NCBI GenBank assembly: GCA_043820105.1
Contig: JBDREC010000049.1
Coordinates: 1-64,000 of the forward strand
Direction: 5' to 3'
Length of the DNA stretch: 64,000 nt
Origin: Pseudomonadota bacterium
GTDB taxonomy: Bacteria > Bdellovibrionota_F > JAHFAK01 > JBDREC01
A model generated the notes under the pieces. That model saw only the letters and a list, made by a program, of their open reading frames with translations. It was not told the origin of the DNA and ran no database searches. A program made the position numbers and the translations under genes. This document shows positions 36,850 to 47,213 of the stretch, piece by piece (positions within the stretch are counted from its first letter, which is position 1; every line of letters starts with the position of its first letter).

Positions 36850-39032
36850 GTTATAATTTCCTTTATTTTAAATTCCCATGCAGATAGACCTTCTAGGTTT
36901 GTTAGTGCCTGATCCATAAGGTCTTCTGAGACTTTTAAAGATTTAGAATTATAGTGAATGCATGATGTTGCGAATTCTATAGTCTTTTCTCTGTCTTGAA
37001 AATGGAAGGTACAATCTTTAAATGTGGTTTTAAATCTAGCTAAAAACTGCTTTGTTTGATCACTTGATATTTCAGGTAAAGTAACAAAGTAAGTGTTTTT
37101 CTCAAAGTGGGAGCCGAAGTCTGTTAACCTAATAAATCCTTGAATTTTGAAATCTAAATTTCTTATAACTGATTCAGTGAAGTCTTCTCCAAAGTCATTT
37201 ATAAACTCGTCAAAGTTTATTAATGATATTGCGATTAAAGTAATTGGTCTTCCATATCTTCCAACTCTTTCAAACTCAATATCCAGTCTGTTTTTAAAGT
37301 TTTCAAATCCACCAAATTGTCTTAAATAAAATCTGTAAAATTTATCTTTCTTTTTTAGAAGCTCATTAAAGGTTCCATGCTCTGCAATGGTTCCCTTATC
37401 AAGATAAAGAATCTGATCAGCCTTTTTAATGGTCGCTAAATTGTGGGAAATCATGAATATTAATTTGGTTTTTCTGAGTTCATTGATCGTTTGTTGAATA
37501 TGAAAGTCACTTTCTGGGTCTAAGGCACTCGTAGCCTCATCAAAAATGATTATTTTAGGATCTTTGATTATAACTCTGGCAATAGCCACTCTTTGTCTTT
37601 GTCCTCCAGATAAGTTGCAGCCATTGGCACCTATATCATAGTGAATGCCACCAGTAAGCTTCTGAACAAAGTGATAGGCTCCAGCAAGTTTCAACGCCCG
37701 TTCAATATCTTCATCACTTGCATTTTCATTTCCATAAAGAAGATTTTCTTTTATGGAACCTCCAAATAGAGAATATTCCTGCAATACAAGTCCAATTTCT
37801 TCTCTAAGTTCTAAAAGTTTAATCTCTTTAATATTTTGTTTTCCAAAAATGATGCTTCCATCAAAGTCATCATAGAATCTAAATAAGAGATCCATTAATG
37901 TTGATTTTCCTGAGCCAGATTCGCCAACAAGTGCGATCATAGAATTAGAAGGCATGTTAAACATAATATTTTGAATAATCTTTAGATTATCTTCATATCC
38001 AAAAGAAACATTATGAAATTCTATGCCAGATTTGTTATCTATTATTTTATTGCCTTCATCAATTTTTTCATCATCAATTTTAAAAATATCATCAACCCTT
38101 TTAAAAGCAACAAGTGATATTTTAAAAGACGTGTAAAGCCCACTAAGATTTGAAATTGGAATTGATAAACCAAATAGATATGCATTCAGTGCCACAACTT
38201 CTCCAACTGTCAAACCGCCATTTAAGACTAGAAAAGCCATGTACCAATTAATAAAAACAGTCCAAAGTTTTAAGGTAATGGAATTTGCAAAAACGGAAAC
38301 AACTGTAATTAATTTTTCTTTTAAGGATAATGTGAACTTTCTTTTTAAGTGTTTTTGTACTTTTTCTGTTTCTGTTTTCTCTTTAATAAAGGATTTAATT
38401 GTTTTTATGTTTCTAAGCTTTTCCTGGAAATTTTCATAGATAACAGCATTTGTTTCAACAACATCTTGTTCAACTTTTTGTAGTTTTCCTGAAAAAAACT
38501 TGGTTTCAATAATATAAAAAGGAATAGAACAAAGAGCCAAAATGGTAATTTTAGAGTTCATGGAAAAAGTAATTACCAATAAAGCTATAAGCTTAAAAAT
38601 GTTTAAAATAAGTTCTGGGCCCATGGAGGTGATTTTGCTAACCACCTTATCAACATCACTTGTTAAGCGAACAAGCAAATCTCCTGATTTCATTTCTTGG
38701 TGAAATTTTAAGGGAATGTGTTGAATTTTATTAAAAAGATCTGAAACAAGGTTATAATTTAATTTTTGATCGACATAAATATCAGAATAATCAGCTACCA
38801 CAGCAAAATAAAATTCGATAAAATATAATATAATCGTTGTTAAAATTACGACATTTAATAGATACAAATCTCTAAAAGGGTACACGTAATCAAATGTTAT
38901 TTTTGTCAGAAGTGGCAGGAAGAGGTCTTTAACAGCTAAAAATCCATCAATTATAAGGGCAAAAGATAAATAAAAATATAAACCCTTTAGGCGTTTCATA
39001 TATTTCAAATAAAGTTTAATATTATCTATCAT
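36846..39032 (-). CDS. ABC exporter (TMD+NBD) with C-terminal degenerate GGDEF domain
   Basis: GESGSGKS, LSGGQ, IIIFDE, H-loop; tail EFERVGRYGRPITLIAI...RLTD. Confidence 0.85.
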   Translation of the reverse strand: MIDNIKLYLKYMKRLKGLYFYLSFALIIDGFLAVKDLFLPLLTKITFDYVYPFRDLYLLNVVILTTIILYFIEFYFAVVADYSDIYVDQKLNYNLVSDLFNKIQHIPLKFHQEMKSGDLLVRLTSDVDKVVSKITSMGPELILNIFKLIALLVITFSMNSKITILALCSIPFYIIETKFFSGKLQKVEQDVVETNAVIYENFQEKLRNIKTIKSFIKEKTETEKVQKHLKRKFTLSLKEKLITVVSVFANSITLKLWTVFINWYMAFLVLNGGLTVGEVVALNAYLFGLSIPISNLSGLYTSFKISLVAFKRVDDIFKIDDEKIDEGNKIIDNKSGIEFHNVSFGYEDNLKIIQNIMFNMPSNSMIALVGESGSGKSTLMDLLFRFYDDFDGSIIFGKQNIKEIKLLELREEIGLVLQEYSLFGGSIKENLLYGNENASDEDIERALKLAGAYHFVQKLTGGIHYDIGANGCNLSGGQRQRVAIARVIIKDPKIIIFDEATSALDPESDFHIQQTINELRKTKLIFMISHNLATIKKADQILYLDKGTIAEHGTFNELLKKKDKFYRFYLRQFGGFENFKNRLDIEFERVGRYGRPITLIAISLINFDEFINDFGEDFTESVIRNLDFKIQGFIRLTDFGSHFEKNTYFVTLPEISSDQTKQFLARFKTTFKDCTFHFQDREKTIEFATSCIHYNSKSLKVSEDLMDQALTNLEGLSAWEFKIKEIIT

Positions 39033-39172
39033 TATTTTCCTTTTATGCTTAATAAATCGAAAATATTATAAAGATATTAATTGAAATATTCAATGTTTTT
39101 TATCGAGCGATTTATTTTTTTTTAATAATTTCAATTTTCTATATTGATTTTGCTAATTTTAATTGATAATTT

Positions 39173-40049
39173 ATGTTCTGTTTTTACACTCAATTTTCAG
39201 GAAGATTTGTGATAGGACTGAAAAAGCTTAACATACACTCTGATAAACTCTTTTCCAGGGAACTTGTACCTGAAAATCCTTTGGCATATCTTTTTATTAT
39301 CCATGGCTATGCTGAGCATTCAGGGCGATATATTGAATTAATGAAGGCTATGCATGAAAAGCAGATTGCTTGCTTTGTCTCAGATCAACTCGGACATGGT
39401 CAATCAAGTGGGAAAAAAGGCTTTATAGAGTCTTTTGATGATTATGCTGATACTTTTTTTGAGTATTTTAAAAAAAAAATCAAAGAATATTAAAGACAAA
39501 CCAATTTTTTTCTTAGGTCATAGTATGGGGGGGCTAATTCTTTTTGATTTTATTTTTAGATATTACAAGGACTTTAAAAACAAAGACAATATTAAGGGTT
39601 TTTGTTTTTCATCTCCTTTCCTTGCTTTAAGAAATAATTCCAAGCTTAAAGAATATGCAGCACATTTGGGAGCTCAACTAAATGCATCATTTAATATTCC
39701 TGGACAAATTGATCCATACAGCCTTTCTCATGATAGATTGAAGGTTAAAGAATACATTGAAGATCCCTTGATTTTTAAATATGTAAACATTCGCTGGATT
39801 TCGCAAACTGTATTAAAACAAAAGGAAATATTAAAAAACGAAGCTAAAATTGAAAAGGCCAGCCTTTTTTTATTAGCAGAAGACGACAAACTTTGTGATA
39901 ATGATATTACTGAAGCTATATATTCTTCGATTTCCTTTCGCGATAAAACAAAGAAAGTTTACAAAGCTTTGTATCATGAAATTTTTAATGAAACTTCAAG
40001 GGACGAAATATTTGATGATTTTTCTAATTGGATAATAAAAAGGATATGA
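39173..40049 (+). pseudogene. lysophospholipase-like alpha/beta hydrolase split by a frameshift in an A10 run
   Basis: HGYAEHSGRY and GHGQS in the first ORF; GHSMGG and YHEIFNE in the second. Deleting one A at 39470-39479 fuses them. Confidence 0.8.
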
Positions 40050-40056
40050 GAAAAAT

Positions 40057-40695
40057 ATGAAAAAAACATTAATATTCCTTCCGATAATTTTAATAGTAAT
40101 AACAGTCTTATTGAATTCTTGTATGAAAAAAGTTCCAGAGTACGAATTTAAGCTAGACCCTCAATTAGTGAATTCTAGCAACTATTTTAGTGAATTCGAA
40201 AAATGGACAATAGAAAAGAAAATTTATAAAAATTTTAAAGCCTCATTGTTTATCACTGTAACCTATTTATCTTGGCCTTATAGAAAGGCTTATGTTAAAG
40301 AATTAGCTTCAAAAAAACAAATGCCTTTAAATGACCAGGCAAGACTCATAGAAGATGAATTAAGCACAGTTGAAAACTATATGGAATTTTTTATTGTTGT
40401 TTATACTCATGAGTCAAATAAGTCAGATTTCAATAAAAAAGAGTCAATGTGGTCAATATTTTTAGTTAATAGTAGAGGTGAAAGAATTGATCCTATTCAA
40501 ATTGATATGATTTCCTTTAATACTCCTATGGAAAAGTACTTTTATCCTAATATTGATCGATGGAGTAAAGTGTACAAAATTAGATTTGAAAATTTACTAA
40601 ATAATGAAAAGTTTTTCAAACCAACTGATCAAAACTTTAAACTTTATATTACTGGTTTAGAAGCTAAAGCCGAGTTTTTATGGGATCTTCAATAA
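40057..40695 (+). CDS. hypothetical lipoprotein
   Basis: Lipobox LNSC after a hydrophobic signal. Confidence 0.75.
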   Translation: MKKTLIFLPIILIVITVLLNSCMKKVPEYEFKLDPQLVNSSNYFSEFEKWTIEKKIYKNFKASLFITVTYLSWPYRKAYVKELASKKQMPLNDQARLIEDELSTVENYMEFFIVVYTHESNKSDFNKKESMWSIFLVNSRGERIDPIQIDMISFNTPMEKYFYPNIDRWSKVYKIRFENLLNNEKFFKPTDQNFKLYITGLEAKAEFLWDLQ

Positions 40696-40994
40696 TAATG
40701 AAAATTGTTTTAATTTTATTTTTTAATTTTTTAGGAATATTTTTTTTGGTTATTTTAAAAAAGAGCAAAAAGCAAAAAAACAAACTCGCTTTAGATTTTG
40801 ATTCACAGATGTTTGTTTTAAAGGATATTTTGTCACATATTAGACAAATTTTAGGATTTTTAGCTTTTTGTCTTTCTTTTTTAGGTGCTTTATCATTAAT
40901 TATAAATGATAGTTTGTTTGTAGGGCTTTTATTGTTAATATTGCTTGTTTTTACTGCAGTCATGAGTAAAGTATATCTTATTTTAAATGGCTAG
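40680..40994 (+). CDS. small membrane protein
   Basis: Three hydrophobic segments; operonic position; start probably a few codons downstream. Confidence 0.55.
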   Translation: MGSSIIMKIVLILFFNFLGIFFLVILKKSKKQKNKLALDFDSQMFVLKDILSHIRQILGFLAFCLSFLGALSLIINDSLFVGLLLLILLVFTAVMSKVYLILNG

Positions 40995-41037
40995 ATGCAA
41001 TATTAGGAAAATAAGAGAATTTAATTTAACAAAATAA

Positions 41038-42093
<1,056 letters not shown>

Positions 42094-42155
42094 CACTTAA
42101 AAAGCGATAGACTAAAAGGATAAATTATCCGGAAGCTTGGATCTGACTATTTATA

Positions 42156-42977
42156 ATGATAAATTTTATAAACAGAAACAAAAAATATATAATCTCTCTT
42201 GTTCTTTTTATTCTATTTTTGCATTTTCTTTCTAATAGAATTTCAAAGAATAACTCAACAGGTATGATTGGCCAGGTAATTGTTTTTTTTGAAGCTCCAA
42301 TCCAGTCTGCTTTCAGTCATTCAAAAAGAAGTTTCTTTGGGGGAATTGATTCCTACGTTTTTTTATTTAATCTTAAAGAAAAAATTAAAGAGCTAAAACA
42401 TAAAAACCAGCTTCTTGAAAAAGACCTTACGATGATGAAAGTATATAAAGATGAAAATGAAATCTTAAAAAATGATTTAAATTATTTAAATGAGTCGGAT
42501 TTCAAACCACTGATGGTTGATGTAATTGGTTTAGGTGGAACTTCTTATAGTAAGGTTGTTCGTATTAATAAGGGCTCAAGGCATGGGATAAAGCAAAACA
42601 TGGGGGTCTATACTCCAATAGGTTGTATTGGCAAAGTTGTTTCGGTTTTTTTTAAAGCAAGTGATGTTCTGTTAATTACTGATTCTAATAGCTCAGTTGA
42701 TGTTAGAAATGCACGTAATAGAGCTAGAGCGATAATGAAGGGCATGGGAGAGGATGATAGACTAAGACTTGACTATGTCGATAAAAAATATGATTTTTCA
42801 ATTGGAGATACGATTGTCACATCTGGCATTGTTGGTATTTGGCCCAAGGATATTATTGTTGGAAGTGTTGAATCAATTGATAAAAATGCAGACTACCTTT
42901 TTCAAACAGTCTATATTAAGCCTACGGAAGATTTCAAACACTTAGACCATTTGCTTATTTATTTGGGTTTGAAATGA
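42156..42977 (+). CDS. mreC: rod shape-determining protein MreC
   Basis: TM plus coiled coil, INKGSRHGIK, GDTIVTSG..GIWP; follows mreB. Confidence 0.92.
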   Translation: MINFINRNKKYIISLVLFILFLHFLSNRISKNNSTGMIGQVIVFFEAPIQSAFSHSKRSFFGGIDSYVFLFNLKEKIKELKHKNQLLEKDLTMMKVYKDENEILKNDLNYLNESDFKPLMVDVIGLGGTSYSKVVRINKGSRHGIKQNMGVYTPIGCIGKVVSVFFKASDVLLITDSNSSVDVRNARNRARAIMKGMGEDDRLRLDYVDKKYDFSIGDTIVTSGIVGIWPKDIIVGSVESIDKNADYLFQTVYIKPTEDFKHLDHLLIYLGLK

Positions 42978-43510
42978 AGAACATTATAATTTATATTTTT
43001 ATAATACTTTTTTTAACTGCATTCCAGGCTTCATTTTTAAATGAACTTTTAAGTGACCTATTTTCCCAGCTTGGATATTTTAATTTTGTAGATGTTAAGA
43101 TAAATATATTAATTTTAATAATACTATATTTCGGTGTTGTAACAAGTTTGAATGCTGGTTTTTTATTATCAGTTTTTGCTGGAATCTGCTTTGATTTGCT
43201 TTGTCCTTCTATGTATGGAACTTTTCTTTTCATTTATCCAGCATTATTTCTTTTGCTTTATTGGATTACAGATAAATTTCATTTTACACAGTTGATTCCT
43301 GTAATTATCCTTATGATATTAGTTACTGTTTTTGAAGAAATAATTTTATTTATTCTTAATTATAATGAGGGTTTTAGTTTGCCAGTTTGGCTGAATCTTT
43401 TTTTCACAATTCCTATAAAAATAACATTCAACTTGTTATTTGTTTTAATATTTTTTCCTGTCTTGAAATTTGTTGATTTGAAAACTCTTGAGAAAAAAGG
43501 AGTTTATTAG
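42974..43510 (+). CDS. mreD: rod shape-determining protein MreD
   Basis: Hydrophobic 178 aa, G...DL motif, overlaps the mreC stop. Confidence 0.75.
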   Translation: MKNIIIYIFIILFLTAFQASFLNELLSDLFSQLGYFNFVDVKINILILIILYFGVVTSLNAGFLLSVFAGICFDLLCPSMYGTFLFIYPALFLLLYWITDKFHFTQLIPVIILMILVTVFEEIILFILNYNEGFSLPVWLNLFFTIPIKITFNLLFVLIFFPVLKFVDLKTLEKKGVY

Positions 43511-43512
43511 CT

Positions 43513-44484
43513 TTAATAAACATTTTTAAATTCTTTTTTAATTTCTTTTATGATTTTATTTACATTTAAATATCTTTTTGAAATATGAAAGGGAATGAGT
43601 TTTTTTGCTCCCAGCATGGTTGCCAGTTGCCCACTTTGCTTTGCTGTTAAATGATAAGCAAACTTTGCTTTTTCCCTATCCTCATCAAGAAAAAAGGACT
43701 CACAATATAAATGATGTACATCTTTAAATATTCTTAAAGCTTCTTTAATATTTTCAGCACTAAATGCAATATCTGTAATATATCCTAATCGAAAACCTTC
43801 TTTTCTTATGAACAATTCTTCAATTAAAGCCTTTGCCTTGTATTTTACTCCTTCAATTTCAATTGATTTGTTTTCATAATTACCCTGTGCTGCCATTTCC
43901 TTAAGCAAGCCAAGCCAGGCCTGTGGCAATATGTTCATTTGTTCAAGCACATCTTTTTTAACGTTAAAATATTGTTTTTCTTCTAAAAGGTACGAAAAGC
44001 AAGTTGTTCTATGGTCCATTCTTGCGAATTTAACTTTTATCATCTTGTCATCAAGCAGAGTTTCACCATCAAAGTCTATTGTCTCTGTCTTGATGATTTT
44101 AAAGCCTGAGTTTGCGTCAAATGTAGTTGTTTTAATTTTCTTTTTTAAAACTTCCCACACCTTAATTTTTAAAAATAGCTTTTCAGTAATATTCCAGCAA
44201 TAGCCATCAAGCTTGCCTCTAACGTTTTTTGTAATTCCTGGCGGGCCATATACATTGACTGTATGTGCTTCAATTATATTGAGTCTTAAATATTTTTCAA
44301 AGCCAATAAAGTGATCAATGTGGGTGTGTGAGATGAATATATCTGTTACTCTTCTTAGTTGAGATGTGGTAAATCGGTTGTTGCCAAGATCAAATAACAG
44401 GGCTCTTTTTCTACCTAATAAATCACAAAACAAAAGAGGGTCGCCTTTTTTATCTGAACCAAGACTTGCTTTTATTCCTAGCAT
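43513..44484 (-). CDS. ribonuclease Z-like metallo-beta-lactamase
   Basis: LFDLG, SHTHIDH, YITD, HLTA, PFHIS.RY. Confidence 0.8.
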   Translation of the reverse strand: MLGIKASLGSDKKGDPLLFCDLLGRKRALLFDLGNNRFTTSQLRRVTDIFISHTHIDHFIGFEKYLRLNIIEAHTVNVYGPPGITKNVRGKLDGYCWNITEKLFLKIKVWEVLKKKIKTTTFDANSGFKIIKTETIDFDGETLLDDKMIKVKFARMDHRTTCFSYLLEEKQYFNVKKDVLEQMNILPQAWLGLLKEMAAQGNYENKSIEIEGVKYKAKALIEELFIRKEGFRLGYITDIAFSAENIKEALRIFKDVHHLYCESFFLDEDREKAKFAYHLTAKQSGQLATMLGAKKLIPFHISKRYLNVNKIIKEIKKEFKNVY

Positions 44485-44517
44485 ATTTGTACCTGTATTT
44501 TCCTTTTTTTTAAAAAT

Positions 44518-46362
44518 CTAATTAATATCCTTTGGAAGTTTAATAAAAAACTGAGTTCCATCTGTTGGATTACTTTCAAATGATAGTTTGCCATGATGCA
44601 GTTCAATAAAATACTTTGTAAGGTATAGACCAATTCCACTTCCTTTTGCTAGTTTACTTCTTTCATCGTCTATTCTAAAAAACTTTTCAAAAATTTTATT
44701 TTTCATTTCGCCTGGAATTCCATAGCCCTGGTCTTTTATTGAGATAATTAAATAAGCTCCATCTTCAATTACCTTTATTTCAATCTCTGTATTAGGAGGA
44801 GAATATTTTATTCCATTCTCAATTAAATTTGAAACAACTTCTTTTATTAATTCTCTGTCAACACGAATTGGAAAAATTGGTGCTTTAATTAGCTTTATTG
44901 ATATTCCCTTGGTGGAGGAATGATAATCAAGTTGTAATATTGCTTCTTCAATGATTTTTGTAATATCTGCAGATTCCTTGTTTATTTTTACTTTTTCTGA
45001 TTCAATTTTTGTGAGGTTTATTAATTTAGTAACATAATTTGATAAATTTTCTGAGCTTTGAATAATTTTTTTAGCCAGGCTCGAGTATTCCGTGCTATCA
45101 TTAGATTTCTGAATGATTTCATAAGAAATAGATTGTATTCTCGATATTGGAGATTTTAAGTCGTGCGAAATTAAAGATAGAAAATTCTTTCTTAGAACCT
45201 CAATTTCATCATTGCTCTGGATTGTTAATTTTAAATTAAAGCTCTTTTTATATTCCTTATAAAAGCGGCAAAAAAGACCCAGGAAACTTATTGTTATAAA
45301 TGAAATAATAATACTTAAAGGGTCAAAATACATATTAAAATGATAAGAAATAATAAAGAAAATTAAACATAATATAATGAAGAGCGATAATGTTAAAATA
45401 AGGATAAAAAGTGGTGATAGAAAATATGTTATTGTTATTAAAGCCACAGAAGAAAGAATGGAGAGAAGAATTGGCAATTGATAATTACCTAAAAAGAAGA
45501 TTTCTGTTTTACCTAATATTGTATTTACAATATTTGCAACGATTTCAACTCTTGACATCCAGCTTGTACTGTCTTGAATATCATTAAATGGAGTGCAGTA
45601 AAAGTGTTCTACATCCTTTGAGTCAGTTCTTCCAATTATTAATATTTTTCCAGTAACAAGGGTTGAGTCAAACTCTTGACTTAGAATTTCAGTGAAATTT
45701 ATTGATGGGAAACTTCCAGGTGCCAAATAATTAATGTGATAATCACCAGTAAAGCGATTTTCAAAAATAAGGTCTTTGCCTAGAAATACATTGGTTATTT
45801 CCAGGGGCAAAGAAGTGAATTCTCTGTTATTTGTTTCAATTTTTCCAATAATTTTTCTTAAATAATTACATTTGCCTGGGCTAGTATTATCAAAAACAGC
45901 AAACTTATTTACAACTTCATTATCATATGATGAGAGTTGAAGATCGGATTGTTGATAGTAAACACCTCTTAATTCACCAGGTACAATAATATTTGGGAAA
46001 TTGCTTCCTAAATTTTTTATTACAAATAAAGCATCCTTATCATCCTGGGAGTTTGCGAGAATGGGAAAATCAAAAGCAATTATTTTAGGTTTAAATTTCA
46101 AAAGATTTTCCAAAAACATACGAATATAGCGAAGTTCTATGGGCCATTTTTGGTTTTCAGCTTGTTTGAAAAAATTATCTGAAATGCCTACAATTGTGAT
46201 GTCTGGATATAGCTGTTTTTGTGCTACATCTCTAACATATTTATCATAGATTTGAGTTTTAGCTTGGGATAGTTTAATAATTGGTATTAAGCTAGCTATT
46301 ATTATAGCAACAATTAAAATGACCAGGAACTGAATGTGTTTCTTTAATAAGTATTTCATCAA
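44518..46362 (-). CDS. CHASE2-domain sensor histidine kinase
   Basis: CHASE2 motifs (WP, IAFDF, GKILIIG, TP), three TMs, SHDLKSP, NLIENGIKYS, DQGYGI, GSGIGL. Confidence 0.9.
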   Translation of the reverse strand: MMKYLLKKHIQFLVILIVAIIIASLIPIIKLSQAKTQIYDKYVRDVAQKQLYPDITIVGISDNFFKQAENQKWPIELRYIRMFLENLLKFKPKIIAFDFPILANSQDDKDALFVIKNLGSNFPNIIVPGELRGVYYQQSDLQLSSYDNEVVNKFAVFDNTSPGKCNYLRKIIGKIETNNREFTSLPLEITNVFLGKDLIFENRFTGDYHINYLAPGSFPSINFTEILSQEFDSTLVTGKILIIGRTDSKDVEHFYCTPFNDIQDSTSWMSRVEIVANIVNTILGKTEIFFLGNYQLPILLSILSSVALITITYFLSPLFILILTLSLFIILCLIFFIISYHFNMYFDPLSIIISFITISFLGLFCRFYKEYKKSFNLKLTIQSNDEIEVLRKNFLSLISHDLKSPISRIQSISYEIIQKSNDSTEYSSLAKKIIQSSENLSNYVTKLINLTKIESEKVKINKESADITKIIEEAILQLDYHSSTKGISIKLIKAPIFPIRVDRELIKEVVSNLIENGIKYSPPNTEIEIKVIEDGAYLIISIKDQGYGIPGEMKNKIFEKFFRIDDERSKLAKGSGIGLYLTKYFIELHHGKLSFESNPTDGTQFFIKLPKDIN

Positions 46363-46472
46363 TATGTTTAGGTAGTTAAAAAATAGATATTTGTAAAGAA
46401 CTATTTTGATTTGACCTTTTGAAGCTAAAAAGATTTAAGATCTGATAAAGCAGAAACAAGAGGAAATGATAA

Positions 46473-47072
46473 ATGAACTATAAGGTTAAGGACACATACT
46501 TTAAACAAGCCAAAAAGGATAATTTTGTAGCTAGATCTGTTTATAAACTCCAGGAAATAGATGAAAAATATGATTTAATAAAAAAGGGAACAGTTGTTTT
46601 AGACCTTGGTTATTATCCAGGTTCATGGGCTCAATATGCTAGTCGTAAAGTTGGGTCTTTAGGGCATGTTTATGGAGTAGATATTCAAGGAGTCAATGAA
46701 AAGATAAGGTGTGAAAATTTGACTTTGTTTGAAGGTTCTGTTTTTGAATTAGATTCTATTATGGAATTAAGAAATATTGCCTTTGATTTAGTAATTAGCG
46801 ACATGGCCCCAAAAACAACAGGAATAAAGCACGTTGATCAGGACAGATCCTATGGTCTAACTGAATCAGCTATTTATATTGCCATTGAAAGATTAAAAGA
46901 AAATGGAAATTTTTGTGCAAAGGTATTTGAGTCAGCGGAAGTTCAAGAGCTAGTAAAAAAGCTAAGAGAAAATTTTAATAAAGCATCCCTGATAAGACCA
47001 AAGGGTACCAGGAAGGGGAGTAAAGAGATATTTTTAGTTGGAATAGGATTAAGAATTAAGATTAAGAATTAA
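46473..47072 (+). CDS. rlmE: 23S rRNA Um2552 methyltransferase
   Basis: ARSVYKL, LDLG..PGSW.Q, ISDMAP, KVF, S.E. Confidence 0.92.
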   Translation: MNYKVKDTYFKQAKKDNFVARSVYKLQEIDEKYDLIKKGTVVLDLGYYPGSWAQYASRKVGSLGHVYGVDIQGVNEKIRCENLTLFEGSVFELDSIMELRNIAFDLVISDMAPKTTGIKHVDQDRSYGLTESAIYIAIERLKENGNFCAKVFESAEVQELVKKLRENFNKASLIRPKGTRKGSKEIFLVGIGLRIKIKN

Positions 47073-47133
47073 GATTAAGAAATATGAATCTAGAAAAATC
47101 CAGAATCTTAATCCTAATCATAATCTTCATCTT
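47046..47133. repeat. hexa/heptamer repeat array with inverted copy (GATTAA... / ...TAATCT)
   Basis: ATTAAGAATTAAGATTAAG tract followed by a CTTAATCCTAATCATAATCTT tract. Confidence 0.7.
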
Positions 47134-47213
47134 AAAGTACAAAACCGTTGACTTTTATGGGCTTTTTTCATTAAAGAGAACAAGGGAACAAGGGAACAAG
47201 AAAAGGATAATAA

